DNA of 63,901 nucleotides, counting the filler. It is 9 parts of 9 records of this genome, joined end to end, with 100 filler letters (N's around TTAATTAATTAA, not from the genome) between each part and the next. Parts side by side here need not be neighbours in the genome. Positions count along the whole stretch, not along the records: positions 31,623 to 36,878 come from SRR31156797_82884; positions 36,979 to 42,238 come from SRR31156797_83194; positions 42,339 to 52,860 come from SRR31156797_83306; 6 more parts are not named here. One strand, 5' to 3'. The stretch's first letter is position 1; every line of letters begins with the position of its first letter. Position numbers and translations under genes: made by a program. Positions 33,138 to 43,056 of this stretch are shown in pieces. A model generated the notes under the pieces. The model had not been told where the DNA came from and made no database searches. It saw nothing but the letters and a program-made list of their open reading frames with translations.

Positions 33138-33331
33138 TCAGGTTTGCCGTAGTAATAAACCCGTTTTCAAACATACAAAATAAGGAAAAAAAACATACGC
33201 CGCTACGGTTTGCATGCGGCGGACGCATTCGCTTTACAACCCGACCGAAAACATAATAATGTCATACAATTAGGGTATAAGTCAAGGAAATAGTAGCCAT
33301 TATTGTACTTTTCGGCGCCTCAAGACCGGAA

Positions 33332-34417
33332 TCAACCATCCTCGAAACCGCTGCTGATGACAACATCCACTCTTCGATTCTTACTACGCCCTTCCCAGGA
33401 TTTGTTGTCCGCGATCGGTCGAGTCTGCCCCAAACCGACGGCCTTAAGCCTTTGGCCGTTGATATTGAATTTATCAATGAGATACTGACGCAGACTGTCC
33501 GCTCTTTGTTGAGACAGCCTTAAGTTGACATCCGCGGAACCCCGCGAATCGGTATGCCCTTCGATAGTTGCTTTTGTTTTAGGGTATTTTTCAAGGAATT
33601 TTGCTGCTTCCGCTATTTTGTCGTAATATTCGGCGGGTATTTCCGAACTGCCTGTTGGAAATTCTATATTCAGGGAAATGGTGACGGCCAGGGGGCAGCC
33701 ATGATCGTCGACATTGAGTCCCTTGGGCGTTTTCATGCATTTATCCACAGCGTCGCACACCCCGTCTCCGTCGCCGTCCAACCTGCTGCCCAGAAAAATT
33801 TCCTCGACCATTGTTTGAAAAGCGTGAGGGTCGTCCAGGACCCTGCCCGCGTCATAGTGCTGTCCGCATTGGCTGGCGCCGGCAACGGCTTTGGCCCGTT
33901 TAAGACCTTCTTCACCAGCGCCGAGTGTTATGGTATAGACGCTCATATCCCCGTATTTCGATTTAAGCTCCTCAATATCGGCTTCGGAGCCCGGTGCGCC
34001 GGGCCAATTAAAATTGGAAACCAGAATTAATGATTTCCGCCCCTGAATGTCCTGCCAGGATGATGCTTTTACCTGGCTGCTCCTGGTATCCTGATTGTCC
34101 TTTTCGGAAGTGGAGACTCGTCCCGGAGATATAAATCCGCTAAGCTTGTTTTCTATTTTTTCTATTGTCCCGCTGCTTCTGTACAGGGTCCCGCGGCCTA
34201 CCATAACCCCCATGACAAAAACCCAGGCGATTATGATGGTAAAAATAATGGTTTTTAACAAAAGACTCAAAAATCCACGGTTGGATGACCGGTCGACGGA
34301 CTTATGACGTTTCCTTTTTGGTTTGGCGACTTCAGCGTCATTTTGGGTATGGTCGGCCCGGACGCCCATTCCGAAGGCGCTGTCCTGGTCGCTTAAGTTG
34401 CTGTTTAATTCGTCCAT
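33332..34417 (-). CDS. Membrane-anchored OmpA-like peptidoglycan-binding protein (TM, partial vWA, DGDGDG Ca-binding repeat, OmpA C-terminal domain)
   Basis: IEGHTDSRG, LSQQRA, NRRV; DGDGDGVCDAVDKC. Confidence 0.85.
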   Translation of the reverse strand: MDELNSNLSDQDSAFGMGVRADHTQNDAEVAKPKRKRHKSVDRSSNRGFLSLLLKTIIFTIIIAWVFVMGVMVGRGTLYRSSGTIEKIENKLSGFISPGRVSTSEKDNQDTRSSQVKASSWQDIQGRKSLILVSNFNWPGAPGSEADIEELKSKYGDMSVYTITLGAGEEGLKRAKAVAGASQCGQHYDAGRVLDDPHAFQTMVEEIFLGSRLDGDGDGVCDAVDKCMKTPKGLNVDDHGCPLAVTISLNIEFPTGSSEIPAEYYDKIAEAAKFLEKYPKTKATIEGHTDSRGSADVNLRLSQQRADSLRQYLIDKFNINGQRLKAVGLGQTRPIADNKSWEGRSKNRRVDVVISSGFEDG

Positions 34418-34643
34418 ATTCTAGAATCTGATCCCAAGGTTTGTGTATTAACAATTATACAGACTAATCATAAAATGCCGTCTTGTGCGGCTATTCGCGG
34501 TTACGGCTGCTTTATGCGTAAGTTTTACAGCCCGTCGCAGCGTTCACCATAGTATAAATCATCGTCATCTAAATTTAACTTGTCCATATAATAACACATT
34601 TTGAGCCGTACTAAAAATATTGTTTTAACTTTAGTCCTTAAGA

Positions 34644-35264
34644 TTATTTTACTTTGTCTTCCGGCTTATCTTTTACATTGTCTTTCGGTTTTTCTTTTTC
34701 CTCGTCGTCCTGTTTTCCCTTGTCTTCCGGCTCTTCTTTTTCCTTGTCGTCCGGTTTTTCTTTGTCCTTTTCCTTTTGTTCATCTTTTTTCTCGGACACT
34801 GGAGTCAGGATGAGTTCGAAGGAATTTTTGCCGTGACCTATTTCCTTTTCCACGTACAACGGCTCATAGCCTTTTTTCCATATTTTGAGGCATATCGATT
34901 GTTTAAAATGGCGGCCGGTCGCTTCCTGTTCCGGTCCGAAGGAAATAACATCCATGTCGCCGAGTCCGATTTTTTTCAGATGCATTTCCCCGCTGACAGC
35001 CCTGTACAATCCAAAGCGGGGATTGTTCCAGTCGCGCACATCAGAACATTTTGCATCGTTTTGGCATTGATCCCCGCTTTTTCCGCATTCAACAGCAATA
35101 TTTACATATGGTATGGACTTAAATGTATTTATGTCCTTAACGCTGACGGTCAGGTCGGGATATTTGCGATCGGCGGCAAAAGAGTGTCCGGGCAACAACA
35201 TTACAAGTAAAAAAGCCACTATAAAGCTTCCGGCCGTGAATATTTTCCTTTCCTTCATGTGCAT
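34644..35264 (-). CDS. Secreted hypothetical protein with K/E/D-rich C-terminal tail
   Basis: Signal peptide (SFA-A), small beta-domain (KKGYEP), charged tail. Confidence 0.7.
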   Translation of the reverse strand: MHMKERKIFTAGSFIVAFLLVMLLPGHSFAADRKYPDLTVSVKDINTFKSIPYVNIAVECGKSGDQCQNDAKCSDVRDWNNPRFGLYRAVSGEMHLKKIGLGDMDVISFGPEQEATGRHFKQSICLKIWKKGYEPLYVEKEIGHGKNSFELILTPVSEKKDEQKEKDKEKPDDKEKEEPEDKGKQDDEEKEKPKDNVKDKPEDKVK

Positions 35265-35279
35265 CTCCGCCTTGGCGCA

Positions 35280-36461
35280 TTAATATTCATAAAACTCATA
35301 CTTATCGTCGCGAACTATTTTTATAAAAACAGGCTTTCCAACAACGTCGCCTCTCTGGTCGAACGAAAAATCTCCGGTAAGGCCCGGCCAGGTTTTTTCT
35401 TCTCTCAAAGCCCGGGCGATTTTATCCGGCACGGTAGTTCCTGCCTTTTTAATGGCGCCGGCCAGGATCTTGACGGCTTCGTACCCCTGCGTAGCGGCAA
35501 TATCCGGCTGCCGTCCGTATTTATCGGCAAAGACGGCGGAAAAAGACTTCATGGCCTGATGCGGATCATTTGGATTGAAAACCGATCCGGCAAAAGTTCC
35601 TTCCGCATCCTTGCCGGCGATTTCAAGGTACTTGGGATGATCCAAACCGTCGCCGCCAATAATGGGAACTTCGATGCCCAACTGGCGGGCGGCCCTGGTG
35701 AATTCGGCGGCCTGCGGTATTAACCCGGCCAGAAATATAGCGTCGAAAGTGTAGATATCCCGCCAAAATTCCAGATCCTGCTTAAAAGTTTCATAATTGC
35801 CAAAGGAATCGTAGCTGATCCTGTCGGGCGTCTCTATGCCCCTTTCCTCGCATTTTCTTTCAAAGGCGTTAGCCAGGCCGCGTCCGTAATCGTTTTGCGA
35901 GTGGTATATCATCACCCTTCTGTAACCCTGCTTATGGCAGAACTTGGCCAATTCCTTGCCGAATATATGATCGTCCGGAATATTTCTGAAAATCCTGGAA
36001 AATCCCTGACGGGTGAGTTTACGGTTGGTTGAGAGGGGGGAAATCATCACCAGGCCGTAGTACTCATAGATAATGGAAGCGGGAATGGAAATATAGGAAT
36101 TGGAATGGCCGATGACGGCGACCATGTCCATGTTTTCAGCGAACCGGTAGGCCGCTTCCATTCCTTCGGCGGCCGATGAACGATCGTCCTGCTTTATTAT
36201 CCTGATTTTACGGTTAAGCACGCCGCCGCCATTGTTGATTTCACTGACGGCCATTTCAATCCCCTGCCACAGGAGATTCCTTTTGGCGCCCCAGGGGGAA
36301 GCGGCCCCGATAATGATGTCTCCAGTTGATTTCTCGGCCCGTCCGGCCCTTTGTTCAATGGGATTTTCTTCTTCCGTACAAGCCCCTAAAAGGAGCGTTG
36401 CAGCCAGGGCCAGGCAGGCCAGGCAACAAAAACCTTTATTTTTAATTAATGATTTTAACAA
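35280..36461 (-). CDS. Branched-chain amino acid (LivJ-type) substrate-binding lipoprotein
   Basis: LGAC lipobox; EINNGGGVL, VIGH..S, DYGRGLA, GLTG.FSFD..GD. Confidence 0.88.
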   Translation of the reverse strand: MLKSLIKNKGFCCLACLALAATLLLGACTEEENPIEQRAGRAEKSTGDIIIGAASPWGAKRNLLWQGIEMAVSEINNGGGVLNRKIRIIKQDDRSSAAEGMEAAYRFAENMDMVAVIGHSNSYISIPASIIYEYYGLVMISPLSTNRKLTRQGFSRIFRNIPDDHIFGKELAKFCHKQGYRRVMIYHSQNDYGRGLANAFERKCEERGIETPDRISYDSFGNYETFKQDLEFWRDIYTFDAIFLAGLIPQAAEFTRAARQLGIEVPIIGGDGLDHPKYLEIAGKDAEGTFAGSVFNPNDPHQAMKSFSAVFADKYGRQPDIAATQGYEAVKILAGAIKKAGTTVPDKIARALREEKTWPGLTGDFSFDQRGDVVGKPVFIKIVRDDKYEFYEY

Positions 36462-36463
36462 AA

Positions 36464-36878
36464 TTACACCATTTGCCGCCCGGCCAGTTCGCGAAAATAC
36501 CCTTCCCGGCTCATGAGTTCTTCATAAGTTCCGGTTTGAACGATACGGCCGTTCTGGAGGACGAAAATCCGGTCGGCATCCTTTATAGTGCTGATTCTGT
36601 GGGCAATGACCACCCTGGTCGCCTTAAGTTTTTCAAGGCTTTGCCGGATGACGGCCTGGGACTTGTTATCAAGCGCGCTTGTAGCTTCATCAAAGAATAG
36701 AATCCTGGGTTTGTTGACAATGGCTGAAGCTATCATCAACCTCTGGCGCTGACCTCCGGAAAGGGCGCCTCCGCGGGGGGTGACGATTGTGTGCATACCC
36801 ATGGGCATTTTTTCAATATCCTTGTCAATTCCAACCATTCGCGCGGCGTCCCAGGCGTCGTCAATAGTCAGGCCGGAC
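36464..36878 (-). CDS. NHLP-bacteriocin-export-type ABC transporter, C-terminal part
   Basis: MPMGMHT, LSGGQRQRLMIA, FFDEATSALDN, TRVVIAHR. Confidence 0.7.
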
Positions 36879-36978
36879 NNNNNNNNNNNNNNNNNNNNNN
36901 NNNNNNNNNNNNNNNNNNNNNNTTAATTAATTAANNNNNNNNNNNNNNNNNNNNNNNNNNNNNNNNNNNNNNNNNNNN

Positions 36979-37018
36979 ATTTGATGGGAATTTTTTCCGT
37001 GTCTATGATTTTTTTCAT
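36979..37018 (-). CDS. Gene start at contig edge, possibly RtcB
   Basis: MKKIIDTEKIPIK resembles RtcB N-termini; only 13 codons visible. Confidence 0.35.
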
Positions 37019-37195
37019 GGGATTTATCACTTAACCCCTTTATCGTTCGCTGGTAACGAACGAAATAAATCAGTAACCTGATGATCAGGACATGTTTTAC
37101 TGTTAGCATAAGTATTAACCGAAAACAAGGACGGAACCGTCCTAAGGGGGGTGAAAAAATCCAACGGACGATGGGACAAGTTCAATTGACGCTTT

Positions 37196-38750
37196 CTATA
37201 CTTTGAACTTGCTTACGATGGTAATCAGCTCGGCGGCCAATTCATTGAGGTTTTCCGCACTCAATTTCACCTGGCCGCTGCCGTTTGATATTTCGCCGGC
37301 TTGTGAATTGACCAGGGTGATATCCTGGGATATTTCGCCCGCCACAACGGCAAATCCTTTGCCTGCCTCTCCGGCACGGGCCGCTTCAATGGTTGCATTC
37401 AAAGCAAGCAGGTTGGTCTGTTCGGAAATATCATTGATCACTTCCGTTACCTTGGTAATGGCAAGGGCGGTTTTGCCAAGCTCCGACATTTTGCCGGAGG
37501 CGCTCCTGGCCTTGTCCACGGCTTCATCTGAAATACGCCTTGCCGTTTCCGTATTTTTGGCGATCTCATCAATGGTGGAAGTCATCTCTTCCGAGGCGGC
37601 CGCCACCATGGTTGTGTTGGTGGAAGATTCCTCCATGGCCGCCGCCACATTGTTGAGGTTGGTGGTCATCTCTTCCGTGGCCGTTGCCACGGCATTGGCC
37701 CGGCCCGCCGTGTTTTCAGCCCCTGAAGACATCTGGGCCGCAATGACCAGAAGCCCGGAGGAGGCGTCATCAAGCATTTTGGCGTCATCCCCGATCTGCC
37801 TGATCAATCCCTGGAGTTTTTCAATAAACGTGTTGAACCAGGTGGCAAGCTGTCCGATTTCATCTTTTGTGTTTACGGGAAGACGCATGGTGAGATCGCC
37901 TTCTCCTTCGGCAATATCCTTCAGGCCCGCAACCGCATTCTTGATGGGGTTGACAATGGTGCCGGACATGAAGAAAATGGCGAACCCGGCCAGCAGTACC
38001 GATATGAACCCGATAAGGATGCAGGAGTAGATGATGTCCCTGGCGTCTTCCAGTACTTTTGCCATGGGAATTTCAACGGAAAAGGACCAGGGAGTATCGG
38101 CATTGCCGATGTAGGTGGGTACAAAAATCCGGTAGATATCTGTTTCCAGGGTTTCAGAGTGGGAGGTCATTGTGAAGCTATTGCCGGATTTTATGGCTTG
38201 TTTCGCTGATCTCAGGAGCTGGGTATCTCCTATGTCCTTGTTTATTTTTCCTTTGTCCGGATATGCCACATATTTTCCCTCGTTGGAAATCAGACTGGCC
38301 AGACCGGTACCATAGGGCCTGATCTTTTTTACCATTTCCGTCAGTTCTTCCAGCACGAGATCGATCCCGATAACACCGATGCATCGGTTGTCATGGATGA
38401 TGGGGACTGCGGCGGTGGTCATCATGATATGAATCGTGGGATCCTCATAGGGTTCGAGCAGGACCTCCTTTTTAAGCTTTTTCGGTAGTGCATAGTATGA
38501 ATTGAGTATGGATTCCTGATACGCTTTCAAGTCCGTGGTCGGCTCGGATACGATGGTGCTTCCTTTCCGGTAGAACCATGGCGCATAGAGGGTTTCAAAG
38601 ATGGTCTCCGGATCCACCATCACCCAGATGCCTGAAAATGGTCATTCTTTTCCACAATCCGCCGTAAAGAGATATCAAGCAGTTCCCGGTCCGGTTGTTT
38701 CCCGGCCATGGCGGCCATAAGCGCCTGGATGACGTGACCGTATTGCCCCA
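37196..38750 (-). pseudogene. Methyl-accepting chemotaxis protein (dCache-HAMP-MA), apparently decayed
   Basis: [27 protein letters not shown] present; frameshift near 38636, TM1 missing, signalling domain shortened. Confidence 0.7.
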
Positions 38751-38916
38751 TGAAGCCGATCATCGTATTTCACCCGTTTTTGGTTGGGAACTGACGAAAA
38801 TTTTAACCATTTCCCCAAGGGATTGTCAATCTCTAATGATGGTTGCGGCAGCAATGGGGCCCGGCTGCAACCGTCCGGTTGAAATGACGCCCCTTTTTTA
38901 CGTGGTCAAAAATGGG

Positions 38917-39807
38917 TCAAGGCTGATTTGCAATGATATCTTCGGATATCTCCATGAATTGCTTCAACAGGGGGGAGCACCATTTCTCAGCGTGCCAGAT
39001 CATGATAACGGATGTTTCAACATCCGGTTCGTCCCACTTCAACCGTACCAGGCGTCTATCGGACAGTTCCTCCCGGACCGATATCTCCGGGCAGACCGTA
39101 ACTCCGATCCCTTTTTTTAAACAGCCGTGCAGGCTGTTCCTGCTTGAAAATTCGAGTATCCTTGGCTTGCTTCCTTGTTCTTCGAGCGACCGCTCGAATG
39201 CCCTTCGATAACTTCAGTCCGTTTTGAGAAACAGAAAGGTTTCGCCGTCCAGGTCCTTCAGGCGGATTTTTTCCCGGTCCGCGAGGGGGTGTGCAGGGCT
39301 TGAAACGAGAATCAGGTGTTCTGTTTTCAGCATCTGAATGTTGACATCCTTAAAATGAATGGCGTCCGTCATCAAGAAAGCCAGATCGATACGGCCGGAA
39401 TTGAGTTCCTCCCTGAGTTGAACGTCCGAGCAGTTGATGAATATCAGTTTCACTTCCGGGTGCTGTTTGTGAAAGCGCTCCACAACCCCGGGCATATATA
39501 TGGTCGCAAGGGTCTCAGGAATACGGACGGTGAGACTGCCCCGGGCATATTCACTGCCCGTGACCTCCGACCGGATTTCCCGGGTCATGTCCTCCATTCG
39601 CCGGGCGTATTCATAGAGCTTCCGGCCCGGGTCCGTGAGGAGCACCCGGCGTCCGATGCGGTCAAAGAGTTTTACCTCAAGGGTTTCTTCAAGTGCCCGT
39701 ATCTGGGCGGATACGGATGACTGGGCCATGAACAGCTGTTCCGCCGTCCTGGTGAAACTCAGGTTGTCCGCCACGGCCCGGAATGTTTTTAACTGGCGCA
39801 ATTCCAT
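38917..39807 (-). CDS. LysR family regulator, 296 aa, with in-frame UGA at codon 198 (candidate selenocysteine)
   Basis: HTH (SFTRTAEQLFMAQSSVS); frame stays open after TGA 39216-39214 (SYRRAFE...GIGVTVCP...WHAEKWCSP) to 38917; SECIS-like hairpin follows. Confidence 0.85.
39181..39198 (-). promoter_or_regulatory. Putative bacterial SECIS element
   Basis: UUCGAGC-GGUC-GCUCGAA stem-loop starting 16 nt after the UGA. Confidence 0.65.
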
Positions 39808-39821
39808 ATTTTTTTCTTCCT

Positions 39822-39836
39822 ATCGTTGTTTCCGAT
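39822..39836. promoter_or_regulatory. LysR-type operator (T-N11-A)
   Basis: ATCG-TTGTTTC-CGAT palindrome just upstream of the lysR start. Confidence 0.6.
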
Positions 39837-39883
39837 GGGTTGCTTCGGTTTTACATGATAAAATACGTTAGGTTTTCAACAAG

Positions 39884-41122
39884 TTACATCGATCTCTCTT
39901 TTTTGTGTGCAGAAATATGCATTTTTCGGTCAGATCCCGTCAATGCATCCTCCAAACCTTCCCGCCCTTCACCTGGAATCCAGTGTCCGTAAATATCGAT
40001 TGTCGTCTGAATCTTGCTGTGACCCAGTTGCCGTTGTATATATGCTGGGCTCGTGTGGGCCATCAACAAAATGGTGGCATAGGTGTGTCTTAGATCATGA
40101 GGGTTTCGGATCCTTAAACCTGCCGCTTTGCATACTTTCATCATCGTTCTCTGGACTTTTATCTGACTTACCGGCCAGGGAGGATCTACTGGGTCAAGAA
40201 ACAAATGATCGATTTCTCCACCATCCCCGTTTAACAAGCTCTCTTTTTTTAAATGTGTCACATAACTCTTGAGCTCTTCCGCCAGAAAATTAGGAAGGTC
40301 CACAAAGCGCTTTTTCCCACGCTTTGGGGTTCCAAATCTGTGTTGCCTGAAGCTTCTACAGACATAATAATTCATTCTATGCAAATCCAAGTACTGGATT
40401 TGCATAGCTAACGTTTCACCCAATCGCATTCCGGTAAATGCCATGACCCGCAAAATAACTGTTTCTCGCCATGAGCAGATATTTGTCGCTGCCTTAAGGA
40501 ACAAATCTCGGTCATTTATATCAAAAGGATCAGCGTCTTTGACGTTACGTTGACCAATTGGTGGAAGGATTTTTTTCATCAAACTAGATGCTGGATTAGA
40601 ATCAATATACTTGTCGTCAATGGCCTCGTTGAAGATTGAGGTCAATATAGTATGTGCTGAATTGACCATTGACGGAGAGCGGGTTTTTAGCAAGGCACGG
40701 AGTCGTTTTTTTACGGTCACCCGGCTTATTCCATCTAAAGCTCCACTAAATTCATCAAACGGCCAGATATGCAAACGGAGAATACCCTCGTACTTCTCAT
40801 ATGTAAGCACATCCCACTGTCCACGATTATTTTCCAACCACTCCTCGCTGTATTCACGGAACATGACGACTGGCTCCTCCGGCTTTGGCTGTTCGAAACC
40901 CTGAGGCAGATCCTCTAATTTTTTTGCAACTACTTCCGCGGCCTTGATGGCCTTTATAAAATTTTCTCGGCCCTCGCCAACGGTCGTGTTGCTTCTCTGT
41001 CCCTTCGCATTAACGAAAATCGTCCATTTTTTACGGGCGTCACATCGGACCTGTACTCCTGTTCTGATCTTGTAAATTTTCCCATGTTTCCCTTCAGTTG
41101 CTTTATATTTGCGCCAAGGCAC
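39884..41122 (-). CDS. int: Prophage tyrosine integrase
   Basis: TGMRLGE, HDLRHTYA, LGHSKIQTTIDIY; AGGAGG RBS before GTG at 41122. Confidence 0.93.
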   Translation of the reverse strand: MPWRKYKATEGKHGKIYKIRTGVQVRCDARKKWTIFVNAKGQRSNTTVGEGRENFIKAIKAAEVVAKKLEDLPQGFEQPKPEEPVVMFREYSEEWLENNRGQWDVLTYEKYEGILRLHIWPFDEFSGALDGISRVTVKKRLRALLKTRSPSMVNSAHTILTSIFNEAIDDKYIDSNPASSLMKKILPPIGQRNVKDADPFDINDRDLFLKAATNICSWRETVILRVMAFTGMRLGETLAMQIQYLDLHRMNYYVCRSFRQHRFGTPKRGKKRFVDLPNFLAEELKSYVTHLKKESLLNGDGGEIDHLFLDPVDPPWPVSQIKVQRTMMKVCKAAGLRIRNPHDLRHTYATILLMAHTSPAYIQRQLGHSKIQTTIDIYGHWIPGEGREGLEDALTGSDRKMHISAHKKERSM

Positions 41123-41189
41123 ATCTACCTCCTTTCGAAACCCAGGCCACATATGCACAGCGCAAGGGTAGGATAATCCCGCTTAAAAC

Positions 41190-41438
41190 TCAACAGGTCA
41201 CGCCAACTTTTTCGAGGGCATCCTTCACCAGGTTTCCAATATCGTCCGGACTGTCAGAGGTGGGAGCTACAACCACCTGCCGAAAATTATCCCTGAACCA
41301 CTTGTCATATTCATCTGGATTAACAAGGATCTTTCGGCCCACCCGGTAATGGGGCATCCCCTTTTTTAAGAATCGCCTCAACGTTCCCACGCAAAATTTT
41401 TTTTCAACGGAAAGTTCTTTTAAATCCATATATTCCAT
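41190..41438 (-). CDS. Excisionase-like HTH protein
   Basis: Small winged HTH (GMPHYRVGRKILV...DKW) directly upstream of the integrase. Confidence 0.8.
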   Translation of the reverse strand: MEYMDLKELSVEKKFCVGTLRRFLKKGMPHYRVGRKILVNPDEYDKWFRDNFRQVVVAPTSDSPDDIGNLVKDALEKVGVTC

Positions 41439-41451
41439 ATCTGTTCCTTTC

Positions 41452-41721
41452 TTAAAACGCTTCCTCGAACAACTCTTTCTGAACTTCATCTTTCTCGTGT
41501 CTCTCATCAAAAACGGCCTGGTCCATGGCCACAATTGCACACATGGCCCTCACTGCATATTGCCCACGTTCAAGTCGGGTGCCGTCAGCGATCAGCAGGG
41601 CCTTGTCCGGATGGTATTCGATCCGGCATGCAAACTCCCTTTCTATCCGCTGAACCGAACCGGGCCCGGTGAACTGGATGGCTTCTACCGGGGCACCGGT
41701 GTCTTTGTTTATGTATTTCAT
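41452..41721 (-). CDS. Small phage hypothetical protein
   Basis: VEAIQFTG motif typical of small phage proteins; tightly packed. Confidence 0.65.
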   Translation of the reverse strand: MKYINKDTGAPVEAIQFTGPGSVQRIEREFACRIEYHPDKALLIADGTRLERGQYAVRAMCAIVAMDQAVFDERHEKDEVQKELFEEAF

Positions 41722-41933
41722 GCCTGGCCGGGACCTTTTCCCATCCGATCCTCTTTACACGGCACCCCACCGGCCCCCTGCAATACATCATCCAGGTACT
41801 CCGGGTGCTGCGTGATCACATGGCAATCGCATATGAGACACCCATCTGTTTGCCGGTAACTACATTCTTCATCGTGGCCTTCCATCGGTACTGATTCGGC
41901 TATTTCCCAGGCCCTTGGAAAATCTATGCTCAT
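41718..41933 (-). CDS. Small phage protein, possible metal-binding (H..EC, C.CDC)
   Basis: Start and stop overlap neighbouring genes. Confidence 0.6.
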   Translation of the reverse strand: MSIDFPRAWEIAESVPMEGHDEECSYRQTDGCLICDCHVITQHPEYLDDVLQGAGGVPCKEDRMGKGPGQA

Positions 41934-42145
41934 TATTCCCTCTGCTCCGTTTCGTCATCTGCAACTTGTAACCTCACATTGACGCCCAGGTATTTAAATT
42001 CAATAGGCTTGGTGTCTTTGCCAGCCAGGGCAGTGAACGACTCTATCAACAATTTGAGGGCAAACACATTCAAGCCTGCATCCAAAATTGTTTGACCGTG
42101 GATCCCGTTCTGAGCGGTGGTTTTTGTGAAATCGTTCTCAGCCAT
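41933..42145 (-). CDS. Small phage hypothetical protein
   Basis: Coupled to the next gene. Confidence 0.55.
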   Translation of the reverse strand: MAENDFTKTTAQNGIHGQTILDAGLNVFALKLLIESFTALAGKDTKPIEFKYLGVNVRLQVADDETEQRE

Positions 42146-42590
42146 GGTTGGGTTTCTCTTTCACGTCGAAAATATTGAAATTATGCCATTTGCGTCCGGT
42201 TTCTTCCGGATCTCCAAATCCATAAGCTTCCCATGGGANNNNNNNNNNNNNNNNNNNNNNNNNNNNNNNNNNNNNNNNNNNNTTAATTAATTAANNNNNN
42301 NNNNNNNNNNNNNNNNNNNNNNNNNNNNNNNNNNNNNNACTTATTAATATACTTGAAGTTGTTCGCCTTCAAGCTCTTCATGCCCCGGTTTGACTTACGT
42401 GAATATGTAACTTAAAGCCGTGTCTTTATTTTTGCAATTGGCTTCACTCCAAAAGCTCTTATCACTATCACAAGCGCGACTACAGAATCTTCGCCATGCT
42501 GTATCCGTAATCCCGTTACGGTCGCCGGAGCGGCAACGAGTTCCCCTAAACCGGACTTTAGAATGATTCTTTCAACGAAAGGAGCTTACC

Positions 42591-42980
42591 ATGTCGGTTA
42601 AGGTATTGATTACAAGGCGTTTTCGGGAAGAACACATAAAGGAGATCACCGCCCGTCTGAATAAATTCCGTGTTTTGGCCATGAATCAGCCGGGTTATAT
42701 TGGCGGGGAGACGCTATTCGGGTACAGCGATTCCCATACGGTTCTGGTTATCAGTTCCTGGGAAACGGTTAATAACTGGCTCACTTGGGTTGAGCATCCC
42801 GGTAGAAAGGCAATGGAAGAGGAACTTCGCGATCTGCTTCTTGCGCCCCCTGAATATGCAATTTTTCTCCATGGGGAAACGCCCCATACCGCTTTACGCG
42901 AGAGGAGAAGATCTAATGCGGCGCCTCAGCAGAGCGCCGGCATTCGCGAGCGCAAAAACCCCATGGTGGGCGAACCGTAA
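42591..42980 (+). CDS. Antibiotic biosynthesis monooxygenase (ABM) family protein
   Basis: AMNQPGYIGGETL, VISSW....W..W. Confidence 0.82.
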   Translation: MSVKVLITRRFREEHIKEITARLNKFRVLAMNQPGYIGGETLFGYSDSHTVLVISSWETVNNWLTWVEHPGRKAMEEELRDLLLAPPEYAIFLHGETPHTALRERRRSNAAPQQSAGIRERKNPMVGEP

Positions 42981-43056
42981 TCAGGAGGCATCGGCGGCCT
43001 ATTCATCTGAATACTAATAATTCTTTTTGTATGAGTGTGTTATTTCGGGAAACCGA

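Larger units (their letters stand above)
39884..42238 (-). mobile_element. Prophage end (integrase, excisionase, early genes)
   Basis: int, xis and co-oriented small ORFs running to the contig edge. Confidence 0.8.

Noticed and set aside
39840-39900. tRNA or tmRNA fragment as the integrase att site
   Set aside because: No T-arm/CCA-like sequence recognisable.
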